DNA of 64,000 nt from Zygnema circumcarinatum SAG 698-1b (lineage: Eukaryota; Plantae; Zygnematophyceae): NCBI GenBank assembly GCA_037447605.1, contig CM074807.1, forward strand, positions 1,116,001 through 1,180,000, read 5' to 3'. Positions 36,601 to 62,930 of this stretch are shown here, piece by piece. Every line of letters begins with the position of its first letter. Within the stretch, counting starts at the first letter, position 1. The translations under genes were made by a program, and so were the position numbers. Below the pieces are notes generated by a model. It did not search any database, had not been told where the DNA came from, and saw only the letters and a program-made list of their open reading frames with translations.

Positions 36601-37307
36601 ACGAAAAAAAGAGTTACGAAAGTACTTAGCCGCAGAAGGATCGCGATGTCACTGGAGTACTCGTTCTGGTGTCAAACTTACGAACACGCATACGGACGTT
36701 TTTTAATCTGACACGCCGGACGTAGAAGTGGGAGCATTCAGTCAAGCATAGCCTCAAAGTGACAAATTGGCGTAATCAAAACAGATGGATTGCAACAACC
36801 CTGTCAGTTCCGTGCAGAAATTCCGATAAAAGAACATTGAGAAAAAAACAAAAAAAAAGACAACATTGAACACAGTGAAGTGACTGTACGCTATCGAGTC
36901 AGTGTCGACATTACCAAGGGTCCAGGAATACAGGAATTCATTTCTAGTCCAGCATCATTGCGACATTGACTTATGATGGATCAAAGAAAGCCAATCACAA
37001 GTCATAGAGCCATAGTTGAGCCATGGGCCTAGTGGCTGCCTGTGCTTCATTTTCATTTCTGAAAAGCTCAATTGAGCAAGTCTTTTTCTCGAGGAAAACG
37101 ATAATAACACCAATAAATGAAAGAAAAGAAAGCAGCTTTATACAAAACAAATAAAGATTTGGAATTGTTGCAGATGAGTAGAGCCTGGCTTCCTTGTGAA
37201 ATCTCGATCATCACAAAAAGCTGGGCAAGGAATCGCGCTTTAAATCAAACCCTGAAGAATTCGAGCAAAACCGTGACCATTTAAATTAAGGAATACGGCG
37301 AACTCCT

Positions 37308-39927
37308 TCACTTTAATAACACATTGGCGGTGTGAATCCCAAGGGCAGCAGCCAAATGCCATCCCGCGTGCAGGAAGGGCTGGTGGGCACACAGTTCGTC
37401 AGCAACATAGAGCGCCCCACCAGCAATCGTTGCAGCTGCATGTAGACGGTGACTGGGCCGTAGCTTCGGCTCTCTTGTCGCCTTCCGGAAGAATGCAGTC
37501 TACATGACATGCCCCAATTATAAGCCAGCAACATTGTGACTACGATGTACTAAGCAATAAGGAAGGGCCTGGATATACTGGTTTGAGCCTCCCTTAAGTT
37601 TCACCAGGCGAACAGAACTCCCAGCTGTCTTAATTGAGGAGGGTCGGGAACCTCTGTCTGAGGGCCCCGATCCTATGCATGAGCCCTCATCAATTTGCCA
37701 CGGCATTCCCTTCATCGTGACGTTCAAGCAGAAAGTGGGACACGATAGTGGAAAAAATTGACGTATGTTTGATAGATGCTGACTCCGGGAAACTTCACAT
37801 TACAGGGCGTTTAGGACAGGTCCACAAAGAGCAAAGAACAGCACAACAATTCACACATGGGAGCGAATGCAGACCTCCATAAGGGTAGTGTGAGCCGCAA
37901 TGACAAGTAGTGGCTGGAAGGGCAGGAGGGCAGCGGAAGCCAGTGTAAAAACCATTGGGTGATTCTTGTGCAGTGCATTAGAGAGACACTGCAGTTAACA
38001 ACTGATAGGTGTTAGCCTGCACATTTGCATTTGGTAGTATGTGCTTCACTTATTGAGGTCATTGCAAACTAAGCGAAAGACTTATAAGGGCAAGGTTAAG
38101 GTGCTGAATGCAGTAAGTCTTTTCAACCCACAGGAGGGAAAAAATCAAGAATGTTTTGTGTTTCCAGTGGAAGGACCACAATGCATGTCGTTGCCACTTA
38201 GCCTTAACGATGCTCATAAAGTGTTCACATTGCAACTCAATTTAACCTCCCAAAAGTGATGACTAAAAACAATGACGAGGCAAAGGAACTGATCACGCAT
38301 CGCAGTCCATGTCACAAAAACCCAAAAGTTCAGGAATCTTCTCCTCAAGTCCTCTGCAAGTGCTAAAAGCAAGATGCGACGACACATTTTTCTTCACGCA
38401 AGCATCGCTCACATCGCTTGATGCATTAGTTCCGCATACCATGGTTGAGGTGGCAATCATCGCATAATCTCCCCACCGGAAAAACTTGCGAGACTCGCCA
38501 CGAGACATATGGTATGCTGACGAGGCCATGCCAATCCCAATAATGGATTTGCCATAAAGAGCAGCGCTCTTGTTTGTCCTGCAATCCACGGGCGAAACCC
38601 TCCACTCGATTAAAATGACTTAAATCCAAAGAACTCTCATTCTCATCATTGCCATCACCACAGCTCAACATGATCAGGAATATGCTTCCATACAATAGCT
38701 TGGTGAGCCCGGGCACGCAGTTACCTTGGCGTGCTAAGGCCAACCGCAAAAAAAGGTAGTGATGTCGCCACATTCGCAAAAGTCTCTGTGAAGGTGCGGT
38801 CACCTGCATAGCAGACATTCCCTGAAGTCAACAAACATGCATTTCCAATCTGAATTATTGACTGTATCATCATCAAGGAAACCGCTTCATCAAATTTGCT
38901 ATCAGCAGATTACATTCAGATACAAAAACATTTTTATATCATTTCATTTTGTTTTTATCGGTAGTGGCGATCACTCGAGCTTCGCATTCTGACAACAGCA
39001 AGTCACCTCAAGAAACTTCAATATGGCAACTTACGCTTTAACCAGCGCCGTCTGCCTGTGATAGCTTTTGTCACATCCTGCTCTTCAGCAGCATCATTGG
39101 CTGTTATTGTCTCCAGGCATTGTACGTTGCGGCACACTGCATCTGTCCTGGAGAAGGGCCATGCGAGCATTTCTTTAATCAGCAAATGGTCCACCATACA
39201 GCATTCTCCACACTGTAAACAAGGGACAGTCAATAAGCTCCAGACATCCCAAAGAAAGAAAAACAAAAGCAACGGGAGAGAAATTTTGCATGCGATTTTT
39301 CCCTTCGATATTTTTTCCAATCCCTTGTCCTTTTCCTTCTGCCTGAATATGTTCATCGTGGGAAGCCCAACGTAAACGTTGTACTTGCACATGCGAAGTA
39401 AGCGTAATCTAACACATACGTTACATCGCTAAGGCATTCAACTGTCCAATCGGCAATTACTGGATCGTCAAGCAAAAGACCGCATGAACTCACGCGTGGT
39501 TCGAGCGAGCATGCACCTCTGAAAGAATAACTCTATCATTCCAGCAAAAGGGTGTCAAATTCTATCAACTCAAGGCCGAAAATATGAGGTAAGCTAGAAT
39601 GATGAACACAACTATCGCGAAGTTGGACCTCAAATACTCGGCGGCGGTTCTTAAAGCTGACGATGGATTTTACGTCATCGGCGAGCCGGTTACCAATTAT
39701 TATCAAAGATACAACTGAATAATGCTGCCTGTTACAATTATCACGAGTTCCCAAACCTTTGTCCTAACCATTGTAAAACCAAAACCTAAAAACCATTGTA
39801 GCAGCAAGGTTTAATTAAAGTAAAATTACGTTATCGACGACCCTGCGCCTTCGTTCACCTTCATCAATCCTGCAACTTTCACCCCCTGCAACTCATTCAA
39901 CGCATCGACTCCTTTCCTCGAGTCCAT
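37308..39927 (-). CDS. CREST-superfamily (alkaline ceramidase/PAQR-like) multi-pass membrane protein
   Basis: Spliced ETFANVATSLPFFAVGL..., GIGMASSAYH (SxxxH), RWGDYAMI, PLLVIAAHTTLME, GGALYVADE...FLHAGWHLAAALG (HxxxH). The 5' exons are less certain. Confidence 0.8.
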
Positions 39928-40154
39928 GCCGACTTTCCTCCTCACTCGATTCCCCAATCCAGTACAGAAAGCTTGTTACTCCAACACCATAGCATCCGCT
40001 AATCGCAGCTTCATCAGCATTAAGGGCCCCAAGCACTGCCCTAGACGCCACAACCGGCGCCTTCAAGCATGTCCGCCTGCTGAAGCGCAGCAGCTTTGGC
40101 AGGATGCCGCCAGCTGTGGCAGCCATGGCTGGTGCCTGCAACAGGAGAGCAGGT

Positions 40155-40303
40155 GCCACGTGGCAGCAGAATATGCTGTCTGGATACGCCCCTAGTACAG
40201 TACCTACATACGTACGGAAAGTCCCGGTCAGCCGGATGTGATGACGTCACAAAATGGTTACAAGATGTTTCGCAAAAAAAACCTACGGTTTACGGTGACG
40301 TCA
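40155..40303. promoter_or_regulatory. GCCACGTGGC plus two TGACGTCA in the CREST/PKL divergent promoter
   Basis: Exact motifs at 40155-40164, 40242-40249 and 40296-40303. Confidence 0.5.
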
Positions 40304-40775
40304 CACGCTTGCAGTTTTCAGTTTTCAGGTTTCCTGAAAAAAACCGGGTCCCAGTTTGCCTTATTGTAAGGAGGGAGGCGACCGCTGGAGCATGGAAGGG
40401 AGGGGGGAGGCCATGGCCGCGCCCACTCCTGCAACACGCTCTGCTGTACTTAAACGTACTGCCTAAAGTTTTCGAGAGAACTCGAGTTTTTTGCGTTTTC
40501 TCGCGACGCACAAACATTTTTGGATGCATGCATATTCCGAGTTTTGAGTTTCGAGTTTTGAAGTTTTGAGCGTTGGCGGGACGCCCGGACTTTACCAACG
40601 AAATTCTGCGGGTTTGAAATTTGAGTGCAAAGCTCAGGGGGGGCTTGGAGGTGGAGGTGGTCGGTGCTCTCTCTAACGCTTTTCAAAGGTCTTGAACAGC
40701 GTCTCCTCGGCTCGCCTTGCTTTCTTGCGAATCCCTATGTTGGCGTTCCTTCCTGCCCCTTCGTAATTCGGCACG

Positions 40776-53629
<12,854 letters not shown>

Positions 53630-55815
53630 GCATCTGCCCCACCCTTCAGAGCTGAGGGAAAGTAACAGGGATGGAAAACTACTCTCCATAGTTTCTTTCC
53701 AATCCGAACCCATGCGGAGAGGCAATTAAGTGGGAAGGTGTGTTAGAAAAGATTATGGGTGGAACCCTTGCAAGCGACAGAAATTGGGATGGCTTCCGGT
53801 AGCACTTCTGTGTTTGGAGTGAAGGAAGGAGGGAGAGAGAAGAAGGGAAGCACTCAACTCCAACTGCGTTTTCTGGTGAGGGAGCCTTGCCACTAGAAGT
53901 AAGAGGTGGATTCTCAAAGAGGATCAAGTACACACTGTTACACTATTATAGATTTTGACTCCCTTGGGGGACCCTCTAGGCACACATTCGCCATGTGAAA
54001 GGGAAGTTATCCAAGCGTTACCGTTCACATGGTTGTTGTAAAGGCAGCAGGTGAGTTCATGGCATTGACTCAATGGCCGTTGTAGGCGTCTTACTTAACA
54101 TTCAAAGGGAGGGATGCTTTTACTATGGATAATACTTGGCGCAGAAAGTGTCGAGCTCCTTCGGGATTGTCCTCACAGAGTGCAGGTGTGTCTATGTGCA
54201 TTGTACAGTGATTCTTGTGACGCACTGGTTTCCAGACCCCGTTTGTTTTTACCCATTTTTTTTGTAATGGAAAACGAAGCAATAAGGATACATGTCTTGC
54301 TTGTTTGGATACCACCTTTGAGGCGGTGGCTGACAGTTCCATGCAGCAAGGATCGCCTTATTGAGTAACCCGACAAGAGGTGCTGGCAGAGCGGTTGGCT
54401 GAAAGTAGGGAAAAAGCGGTGGAAGAATCAGAAAACCACCAACGGTACCGAAGGAATCGTGACCCAAATCATGGTCCCTTGACAATTTTCTTCAAACTTG
54501 GGCATGTTTCGTCATTGGCAATGTGAACGCTTTCGAGACATTAGGGGATTTCAAAAACGATATGGAATTTGTTTTTCTAAAGAAGGGGGTACTTCGGATT
54601 TCACTGTTACTACTTATTTCGCAAGAGATTGTGCACTGATGTCGACTTGTGAAACTGCAGCTTTTATTAGGTTGAAACTCCCTAATATGTATGGTTTTTT
54701 ATGCAAAATTCAGTAACTCTGGTTGTCAATAACATTGATGACGGCGCGTCAAATGAAAACAAAGAGCATTATGAAGAATCAATGGGGAGAGGTAACAAAG
54801 GATTTCAGTGGATTAAAGAAAACTTATTAGCAGAACACGGGCCTAAAAGCAGCCATGCAAAGGCCACAGATGACCATCGAAGAGATTGAATTGCCATGGT
54901 CTTCGCATGCTGCTGCTCCTGCAATCCCTCCTTTGGCGGCGATGGCTACATTGCATGATGAATACCATCTCAATGATTTGGACTGCCCTTTCACCGTTTG
55001 TTTGAAAAAGATTGAACCGAGTCTTAAACTAGGAATGAGCTGGTGTTTTTTTTTTTTTTTTTTGTATGCTGATATGACCACTACAGATTTCGAAAATACA
55101 GGTGTGTAAGCCTTGAAGCGGACTCCATTCACGAAGAAGGCAAGAGCAACAGAGGCATCAAATTGTGGCCATTTTCTTTTTCATCCAGATATTTCTTTCG
55201 TGCAATAGGCCGAATTGACCAAGAAGGATTGCACTCATTTTCTCCGTGCCATTGGGATTGCAATTTGGAACCTTTCGTCTTTTTTTTTTTCATCTCTCCG
55301 CGATGGTGTTATCCAAAAAGAACAAAGTTCTTTACGCACACCTTCTAACCACATAGGAAGCAGCCAACCGCCGAACACAAATGCAAAGCTCAAAAAGAAA
55401 GAAAGAAAGAAATGGAGCCCCTCCTTCCCTCCCTCCCTCATTCCCTTCCCCCCGCGGCCTCCTCCGCGATCCTGCGCCGCGAATGAATATGAATGAATTT
55501 CTGCGCGCCAAAACTGCCTTTCAGTTTTGGATCGCCCGCGGGCCGCTGCTGCCTCCACTGTGTCCAGGCCCAGGGAAGGCCCACGGGGGGCTGCTGCTCG
55601 GGAGGGAGGGAGGCAGGGAGGGAGGGAGGGAGGGGGGGTTAGTGGAAATGGAGAGGCATTCCGTGAATGGGCGTGGGGCGTGGGCTTGGGAGTCCTATGA
55701 AAGGGTGAATGCGGCTTTCGAGCTGCTTCCAAGAGGACCATGTCTAGGTGCAGGTTTTGTTTCTGTATGAGGATTTCGCATCAGAGCGAGAGCTGTTAGT
55801 GGTGGCGTGGCAGCT

Positions 55816-58800
55816 ATGGGGATTCCGGGATTACTACCTTCGCTCAAGTCGATCTCAAGGCCCACGCATGTTAGAGAGTATGCTGGGAAACGGGTGGCTG
55901 TGGACACCTATTCTTGGCTCCATAAGGGAGCCCTATCTTGCAGCAAAGACCTTGTCGAAGGACGGCCTAATGAAAAGTGAGCCATTTTCACAGACTGGAG
56001 CGTGCAAAATTTTCGACTTTTGCTGCTGTATCTTATCGAAGGGCCAGTTTCTATTGCAGCACCTTTCGCTTCAAGTTTCCATTGATAGACAGAGTGGAAG
56101 CCGCTGCTCTGACTGAATTCAACGTTGGCTTTGCTGGATAAAGGTACATCAATTACTGCATGCACAGAGTGAACCTCCTGCGCCACCATGGCATCATTCC
56201 GGTACTTGTCTTCGACGGAGGCCTTCTTCCAATGAAAGCTCAGCAGGAGACAAAACGTGACAGGTAGGAATTCAACCGAAGAGCATCAGTAAGCTCAATT
56301 TTTTGAATTAAACAAAACGAGGGCTCAATTTGCATATTTCAACTGAAATGGTAACTTGAACCACCAACTTTAGGAATGCCTCCGCAAAAGAGAGCAGTTC
56401 AGTTGGAAGGTGGCAGAACGACCAATCGTGGAATGCATGGCTGCAGATTTCGACGAGAGTTCTTGGCAAAAGCGGTTGAGCACGAACGGTCAGGCAACCA
56501 CGCATCAGCATTTGATTTTTATCAGAAGGCTGTTGATATCACACCAGCAATAGCTTTTCAACTTATCAAGGTACAACCTTTGATCAAGAGGTGCATTCTT
56601 AAGAAAACCTTGCAAAGAAGTTATCTTCTGAAGATGCATGACGAGCTGTTAACTGTGACTCAACAGGTATTGAAGCAGCAACATATTGAATATATTGTGG
56701 CCCCATATGAAGCCGACGCGCAAATGGCATATTTATCTATTTATGGACATGTCCACGCGGTGATTACAGAAGATTCTGACATGATTCCTTATGCTTGCCC
56801 TAGGGTAAGCCTTGAACTACCTTTTATAGGAGTTGCAGACACCAACCTCATTGTCAGTCGCTGAGGAACTCCATAGGCATTTACTCACAGTTTGCCTGGC
56901 TAGGCACTGTATTTACGGGCACGTAATATGGGGGGGTGTCCCCATTGCAGGTGCTATATAAGATGGACAAGTTTGGCCAAGGAGTGGAAATCAAGTATGA
57001 GGATTTATCAAAAAATAAGGAGTTAAACTTCACCAATTTTACAAAACAAATGGTACTCGAAATGTGCATATTGAGCGGCTGTGACTATCTCCCCTCCCTT
57101 CCTGGACTTGGTGTCAAGAAGGCACATGCCCTTATTCGGCGGCTCAAGACTTACAAAAAGGTAAGCAACAAGACTGAACATACACTCTACTTTTCCACCC
57201 TATTTCACTAGCCTCGTGGTTTCAAACAAGATATATCTATTGGCTGTGCTTTAGTAGACTGTGAGCTGCTCTCAAATTGGCCATAACATAGCATCTTTGT
57301 TGCACAGTTACAGCCTGACCCTTCTGTATGCACACGCTCCTTTCTGAGCAGGTGATAAAAAACCTTGTTTTCAGTGGAATAACTGTGCCGAAGGACTATG
57401 AGGAATCCTTTGAGAAAGCAATTCTTACATTCCGACACCAGTGCGTTTATGATCCTGAGAAGCAAGATGTGGTCCACCTTCATCCACCCGAGTCCCATGA
57501 GAATACGGATCTCGCCTTTGCTGGCCCATATCCCTTTTTAAACAACAGAAACTAGTCTTGCTAAAAAACGGAACCAGGGACCTTAGCACAAAAATTTTAA
57601 GGACGACACTAGCAGCCTTTCGTTACTCATAAATGAATGTTTGTGAATTCCTGGCTGCAATCGACGGGATTCTATGCGTAAAACATGAATTCTCCCTTCG
57701 TTTAAGCAATATTAAGGAATTGTCCTAGCCGCTATATTGCTGTCCTGTTTGGTGATCAAACCGTTGCTTGCATTCTGTGGATGACCTTGACTATGAATAC
57801 AAAAATTGCTGTAGACCTTGCAAGGGCCATTGCCCATGGAGAGGTCGATCCACTTACAAGGAAACGCTTTCAGGTCAGCACAATTTCGGCACAACCGCTT
57901 GACCTTCCATTTAGCTACGCGTGAATGGTTAAACTCATTCTGCACATTGTGCCTTTCCAGGATGATCAACAGGAGCGGAATGCAACGGTTCCGAGAAAGC
58001 AATCTCCTGAAAGAAAAGCCCGAATGCCTTTTAAACATAAATCCAATCTGCCTGTACAGAAGAATGACCTTTCCAAATACTTTGGTAAGTTGTTCGTTGT
58101 TGTTTTTTTTTTAAGTTGTTGTTTTACTATGCAATGTTTTTTAGTGTGAGGACAGCTTTACATATGCCATTTTCAATCTAGACGTGTATTCCTTGCGTGA
58201 TGATACTCGGAATGAAGGAATCATCGTGAAGCTCTTTTTCATTGAAACGCCTGCTCCATACTCTTTCATATCATATGATGAACATGATGAAAACAGGTAG
58301 GCGAGCACGCCGATTCCAAAGTGTACGTAAAATTTGATGTTGAATGACGTTAAATGCAGTTATGCAGACGAATATGCACTCACAAGCCTTGCTGCCGGTC
58401 TGCAGTGCCTGTTTCTGCAGCTGCAAAGAGGAGCTTTATTCCTCCCCGTCCCGCAAAAGAAGACTACCCTTCAAGTCAGTCTCCTTCACCTGTTATTTCT
58501 CCATGGACTCCTTTGTTCAACTCCGTGGACTCAAGAGAGGAAGATTGCCTCGCCTTTTCTCCACCAGAGAGACGGGAAAGCCCTGACTTTGGCAGTCCAG
58601 GTAGCAGCTTCAGTCCTTTTGACAGATTCAACAAACCAACGGCACATACCTTCGCGGACTCTGGCAAGGTGAGTTATTTACTAGCATTACATCCACTTTT
58701 CTTTTTCTTGCTACTTTGTTTCAAGCCAGTTTGTGGATTTTCAATTGCCCTATTATTCGTGCTCGTCAATCAGTCTTGTCCTGACTTATTTCACTAGCAA

Positions 58801-60928
58801 TAACAAATCCTCGCCGAGAGACAGGCCTACCAGAGGGCCTACCTTCAAAGCAATCTATTTTTTCGGCCTTAACTGCGTGTAGTGTTGCTTGTCATCTTTT
58901 CATGGAGGATATGACGAATGCTGACTCACTTGTTCGCACTTGTTCACCAAACCTGACCATTTGCTTTCTTACACTCGCATCCCCCTTTTCCCCTCCCCCT
59001 CTTCTAGTTAGCAGGTAGATGGTGGGTTTTGCCATCTAAAATCAAGCTTTAAGTGTCTATGGGCAGGACCATGATTGGAATCCGAGGGTGAAACGACGCA
59101 GGCCCAGTTCAGGTAGGTCTCTCTGTCATTTCGTCCTAAAAGGTCAGAATCAAGCATTCTCTTTGTTGAACTTGGGATGATATTCTCCTTTGCTCAGCAG
59201 TTAAAAGTGCGCATGAGTCTGTCTATGTGCTACTAGTCTATCTATGTGCTACCTTTTTTCAACGCATTATGGTGAGTATTTCTCGCATGGAGCTCTCGTG
59301 TCTCATAAGCAAACGTGAACCTGCATGATAAATTTTTGGTTCATGCCTTTTTTCGCAGGTGGAAAGGTGGCAAACTTGGATATCTTTCGGCTGGGAAAGG
59401 AGAACAATTTCACTCCTCCCGCCTTACCTTTGTCTCTCAGCCCAGAATGGCGTGTAGCAGGCTCTCAAGACGAAGCAATTCTCTTCCAAGAGAGCGAACC
59501 TTTGGAAACTTTGGAGATTGCTAGCAGCGTATCTGATCTTGACGATTTTAGTGATGCATATGGGCCAAAAGGAAATGATTCTTGTGGAGATATCTTCGGA
59601 GAAGATGCCGCAGAGGAAGTAGAGCCTATTGAATCACAGGAGGTGAGCGTTCTTTTTCTCATTCTCCAGCGCATTAGGCTCAGTAGTTGGTGTGTCCTCG
59701 TACTTTCCCACAAACAGGATTCGAGTTTACCTCATGGAAGTGTGACCTTAGAAAAGTGCTCGTATTGAACCTTGTCTAGATGTACGTTTGAAGTGAGCAG
59801 ATTCAGCAGGCTTGTTTTTCTCGACCATCAGTGATGCTTGTCCCAATAAAAAATCAGCAAAAGTACCAATTTACATTGCCTAAGCTTTGTGATAATTTGT
59901 GATCACAAATTTATCTGTACATATTGTTCACCAATCATCTTTTATGGAGGCTGGACCCGGGAACATGAGTAATACCTTCTCACAGTATACTGACAGTTCG
60001 GCAACGGGTATTATCTAAAACCTTTTGTCTTTCCTGGTGTGAGCTATCATTTAGGGTGATGAAGCGGACGCTGCATGCATTGAAGCAGCCTCGCCTTTAG
60101 GTGAGTTCTCCTTTTTAACTAAAGTTTATACTGAGATCAGTTGACATCATGACCGTACTGAGTGATAAATGTCAACCTCAATAAAGCGCAGTTATTGAAA
60201 GACTACGCTGGTTACACGTCAATATTTAAGGTTTCCTTCTAAAGGGTTTGCTGCCTGCCTTAGTCACGCAGTTGAATATGAACTTCATTCTTTAGCATTT
60301 GGTTCGGAAGTTCTTATATATGGTCACACTTTTTTATACGTTTTAAGGCTAAGTCAAAGTGAAGCATTGTTCGTTTAACTAAAATGAGTTCTCTCGTGGC
60401 ATTCGTAATGTACTATCAGCAGTCAATTATAACAAAGACTTCATTGTCTGTTTGTTTGTCTTTGGTCCAGAAGGTATTGATGTTGCCGTGTAGCTGCAGT
60501 AGTCCCCGTTTTGCTTGTCTTCGCAGGGAATTGAGTGAAAAATAAACCGCAACAACATTCAGTACTCTGAATATGTTATGATATGTGACGACCATAATGG
60601 TGATGATGATGCAGGCACGCCCGATGATGTCACCCTTGTAACGCCAACCCCTTGTGGGAGCAATGGCAACAGTGTACTAAGACTTCCAGCTCTCCAAAGC
60701 TTCTCTACCAACGTGTCCCACATTCAAGAGTATAGCAAGATAGGGCACAAGGCACTTGACGCCTTCGAGTCTTCGTTAGGTCTCTCCAAGTACAGCTCGA
60801 TACCCTTCTGCGACGGCTCAGTAGGTGCAGGGCGGGACCATGGAGGCAAGACTCGGAATTCAGCCGCAAGACATGTTGGGTATGTTGGCTTTCTATGGCT
60901 GGACCATGTTTCTGATTCATCAGACTGA
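55816..60928 (+). CDS. EXO1: Exonuclease 1 (XPG/Rad2 family)
   Basis: [11 protein letters not shown]...[65 protein letters not shown] (H3TH), [10 protein letters not shown]. The 3' exon structure beyond ~60100 is unresolved, so the end is approximate. Confidence 0.9.
57528..57800 (+). other. U12-type (minor spliceosome) AT-AC intron in EXO1
   Basis: 5' end ATATCCCTTT, branch site CCTTGAC at 57785-57791, 3' end AC at 57799-57800. Removal joins GCT GGC CC|A AAA ATT GCT = [21 protein letters not shown] in frame. Confidence 0.85.
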
Positions 60929-61603
60929 GCTGTGTCCGAAAGGAGATGCAAAGCAGCCAAGATGCTTTCATTGACTGCGAGTGAAATGTGCATGCAGGCC
61001 CTCAAGTACTCTTAATCTTTCAAAGGGGGGGGCTGATCTCTACATTGAGGCCTTTGGTCGCTTTGCCCACACCGCCTCTCCTCCGAGCCCTCGCAGCAGA
61101 CATGCCCGGACGGCGCAGTGGTCGACCTGACCATTTTCGATCATTTCTAATGCAGCAAAGGGGGGTTCACAAGCATGTATTTCAGTCGTTTGACTTTTTC
61201 ATATGGCTACTCATTGAATGCGAGAGACCATTTTCACTCCCCTCTGCAGGGTGCAGCAAGATGCAGCTCTGCCGAAGTCAATGTTCAGATTGACTGACGG
61301 AATAAGCAGAAGGGGTTGATGATCAGGCCCTCAACTTTTGTTCAGGAGATCAGGAGTAAGGTTGAAGCGGAGTCAGACTAGGTCAGGGGCAGACTAGGTT
61401 GGTTTTATTCTTTCGACGTTTAATTTACTCTTTATTATTTGTCAAGGGTAGCAGTGCAGCGGTGTGGCATTCCACACATTATCACCTTCTTGGATCTCGA
61501 TTGAAATTTGACCTTCAAGCTTTACTTACATATGGCTAAGCTGCCTCAACTGGAAGTGATGAGGGGAAAAAAACATGTTGAAGCAACTATAACAGTATAG
61601 TAG

Positions 61604-61632
<29 letters not shown>
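61604..61632 (+). repeat. Poly(A)29 run
   Basis: Direct count; no flanking TSD found. Confidence 0.9.
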
Positions 61633-61635
<3 letters not shown>

Positions 61636-62930
61636 AAAAGGAAATGGTTGCGGCTGCTTCTAGGGAGGGCTGCGTTGTTCAGCCTAGGCGTAGTTTTCCG
61701 CTCTTAGCTTTTTTCTTTTGTGCTTAGGTCCTTTGCGACCAGTCCCTCGTGGTTCCACATCATGCTTTTGTCCATGTTGTACATTTGATGGCCTCGCCAT
61801 CGTGAGTTCAATGCCATTTTCTTCCTCATCATGAGTTCTATGCCATTTTCCCTTCGTACTGGCCCATGATCATTACCTATGTGGCCCCATTCCGTTGTCC
61901 ACGTGGCGAGTCGCCATTGGTCTTACTCGGTGTGGATTTTTCCAGACACGTTCACATATCATGAAATCTTCTCGCCCAATCGTCGTTGTTCACATGTGAA
62001 CAGACGCGTCCGCTCCAAAGTACAGTACTTGCCTCGGGCCGTCTTGGAAGTCACGGCAGTGCCACTGCCAGGACCTCCCGGCGGCGGCTTGCGCGACATG
62101 TCGGCCTTGCAGGGGGTGGCGCCGCCTTGTCTGGACCTTCCCGGGGTAAGCTGGCGCACCTCCTGTTGGATTATATGTGCAGGATGAGCTGGATGAAAAG
62201 CTTTTCGAGGCGATGAGGGCGGTGCTTTGCAGCAGCTTTTGGCGCCACTTTTGATTTTGGGAATCCAAGCTTTTGTGTGTCGAGATTTGGAGGGAGGACT
62301 CAATTTCGGTTAAGAACAGGAAACATGTTAAATTTGGAAGGGGCCTGAGGTTTTTATGAAGGTGTGAGAGGATCGGGTCTTAAGGGTGGCCTTTGTTCTA
62401 GTGTTGCTGCTTCCAGGACGGACGAAGAAGTCTGATATGAGAAGTCTGATATGAGACGTAGACAGAGCTAATATTGGCTCGTTTTGAAGGGGTTAACATA
62501 GTATATCTGCTAATAGAGTCGCTGTTGCGATTTAAAGGTGTGTGGAATCATCTCAGGTGAGACAAATGAAAATAATATGAACTTTGCTAGCCTGCATGAT
62601 GGCGAGGAAGAACTTCCATACTGTTTGAAGTTTGTTTGTTTTGGCCGCCTCTGGTTGTCGAGCTGCTTGCTTGGTTTTGTAGTATTTTCTACAACTGTTC
62701 GTGTGAATGTTGTTTAGTTCTCTTCATTCATCTCTGGCTAGGAGAAATCTGATAACTATTCAAATGATTCTACGCAGTCGATTTTTGAAGACAGTTGTGT
62801 GCATGCTCCAGAAATGTTTCAATTTTGGCTGGCAATGAGTGTTTTTTATCATTGATCGTGCAGATATAACTTCTTTATCATTCATAGAAAAGGTGGAACC
62901 TCATCTGACCGAAGCAGTTGTCTGACGGGA

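Noticed and set aside
53700-55700. ORFs between PKL and EXO1
   Set aside because: Short, no homology recognised; consistent with UTR and promoter sequence.
59890-59915. 16-bp palindrome ATTTGTGATCACAAAT in an EXO1 intron
   Set aside because: Isolated, AT-rich and without repeats elsewhere; no function is supportable.
61604-61632. Poly(A) as a retroposon tail
   Set aside because: No target-site duplication or SINE/LINE body is recognisable upstream.
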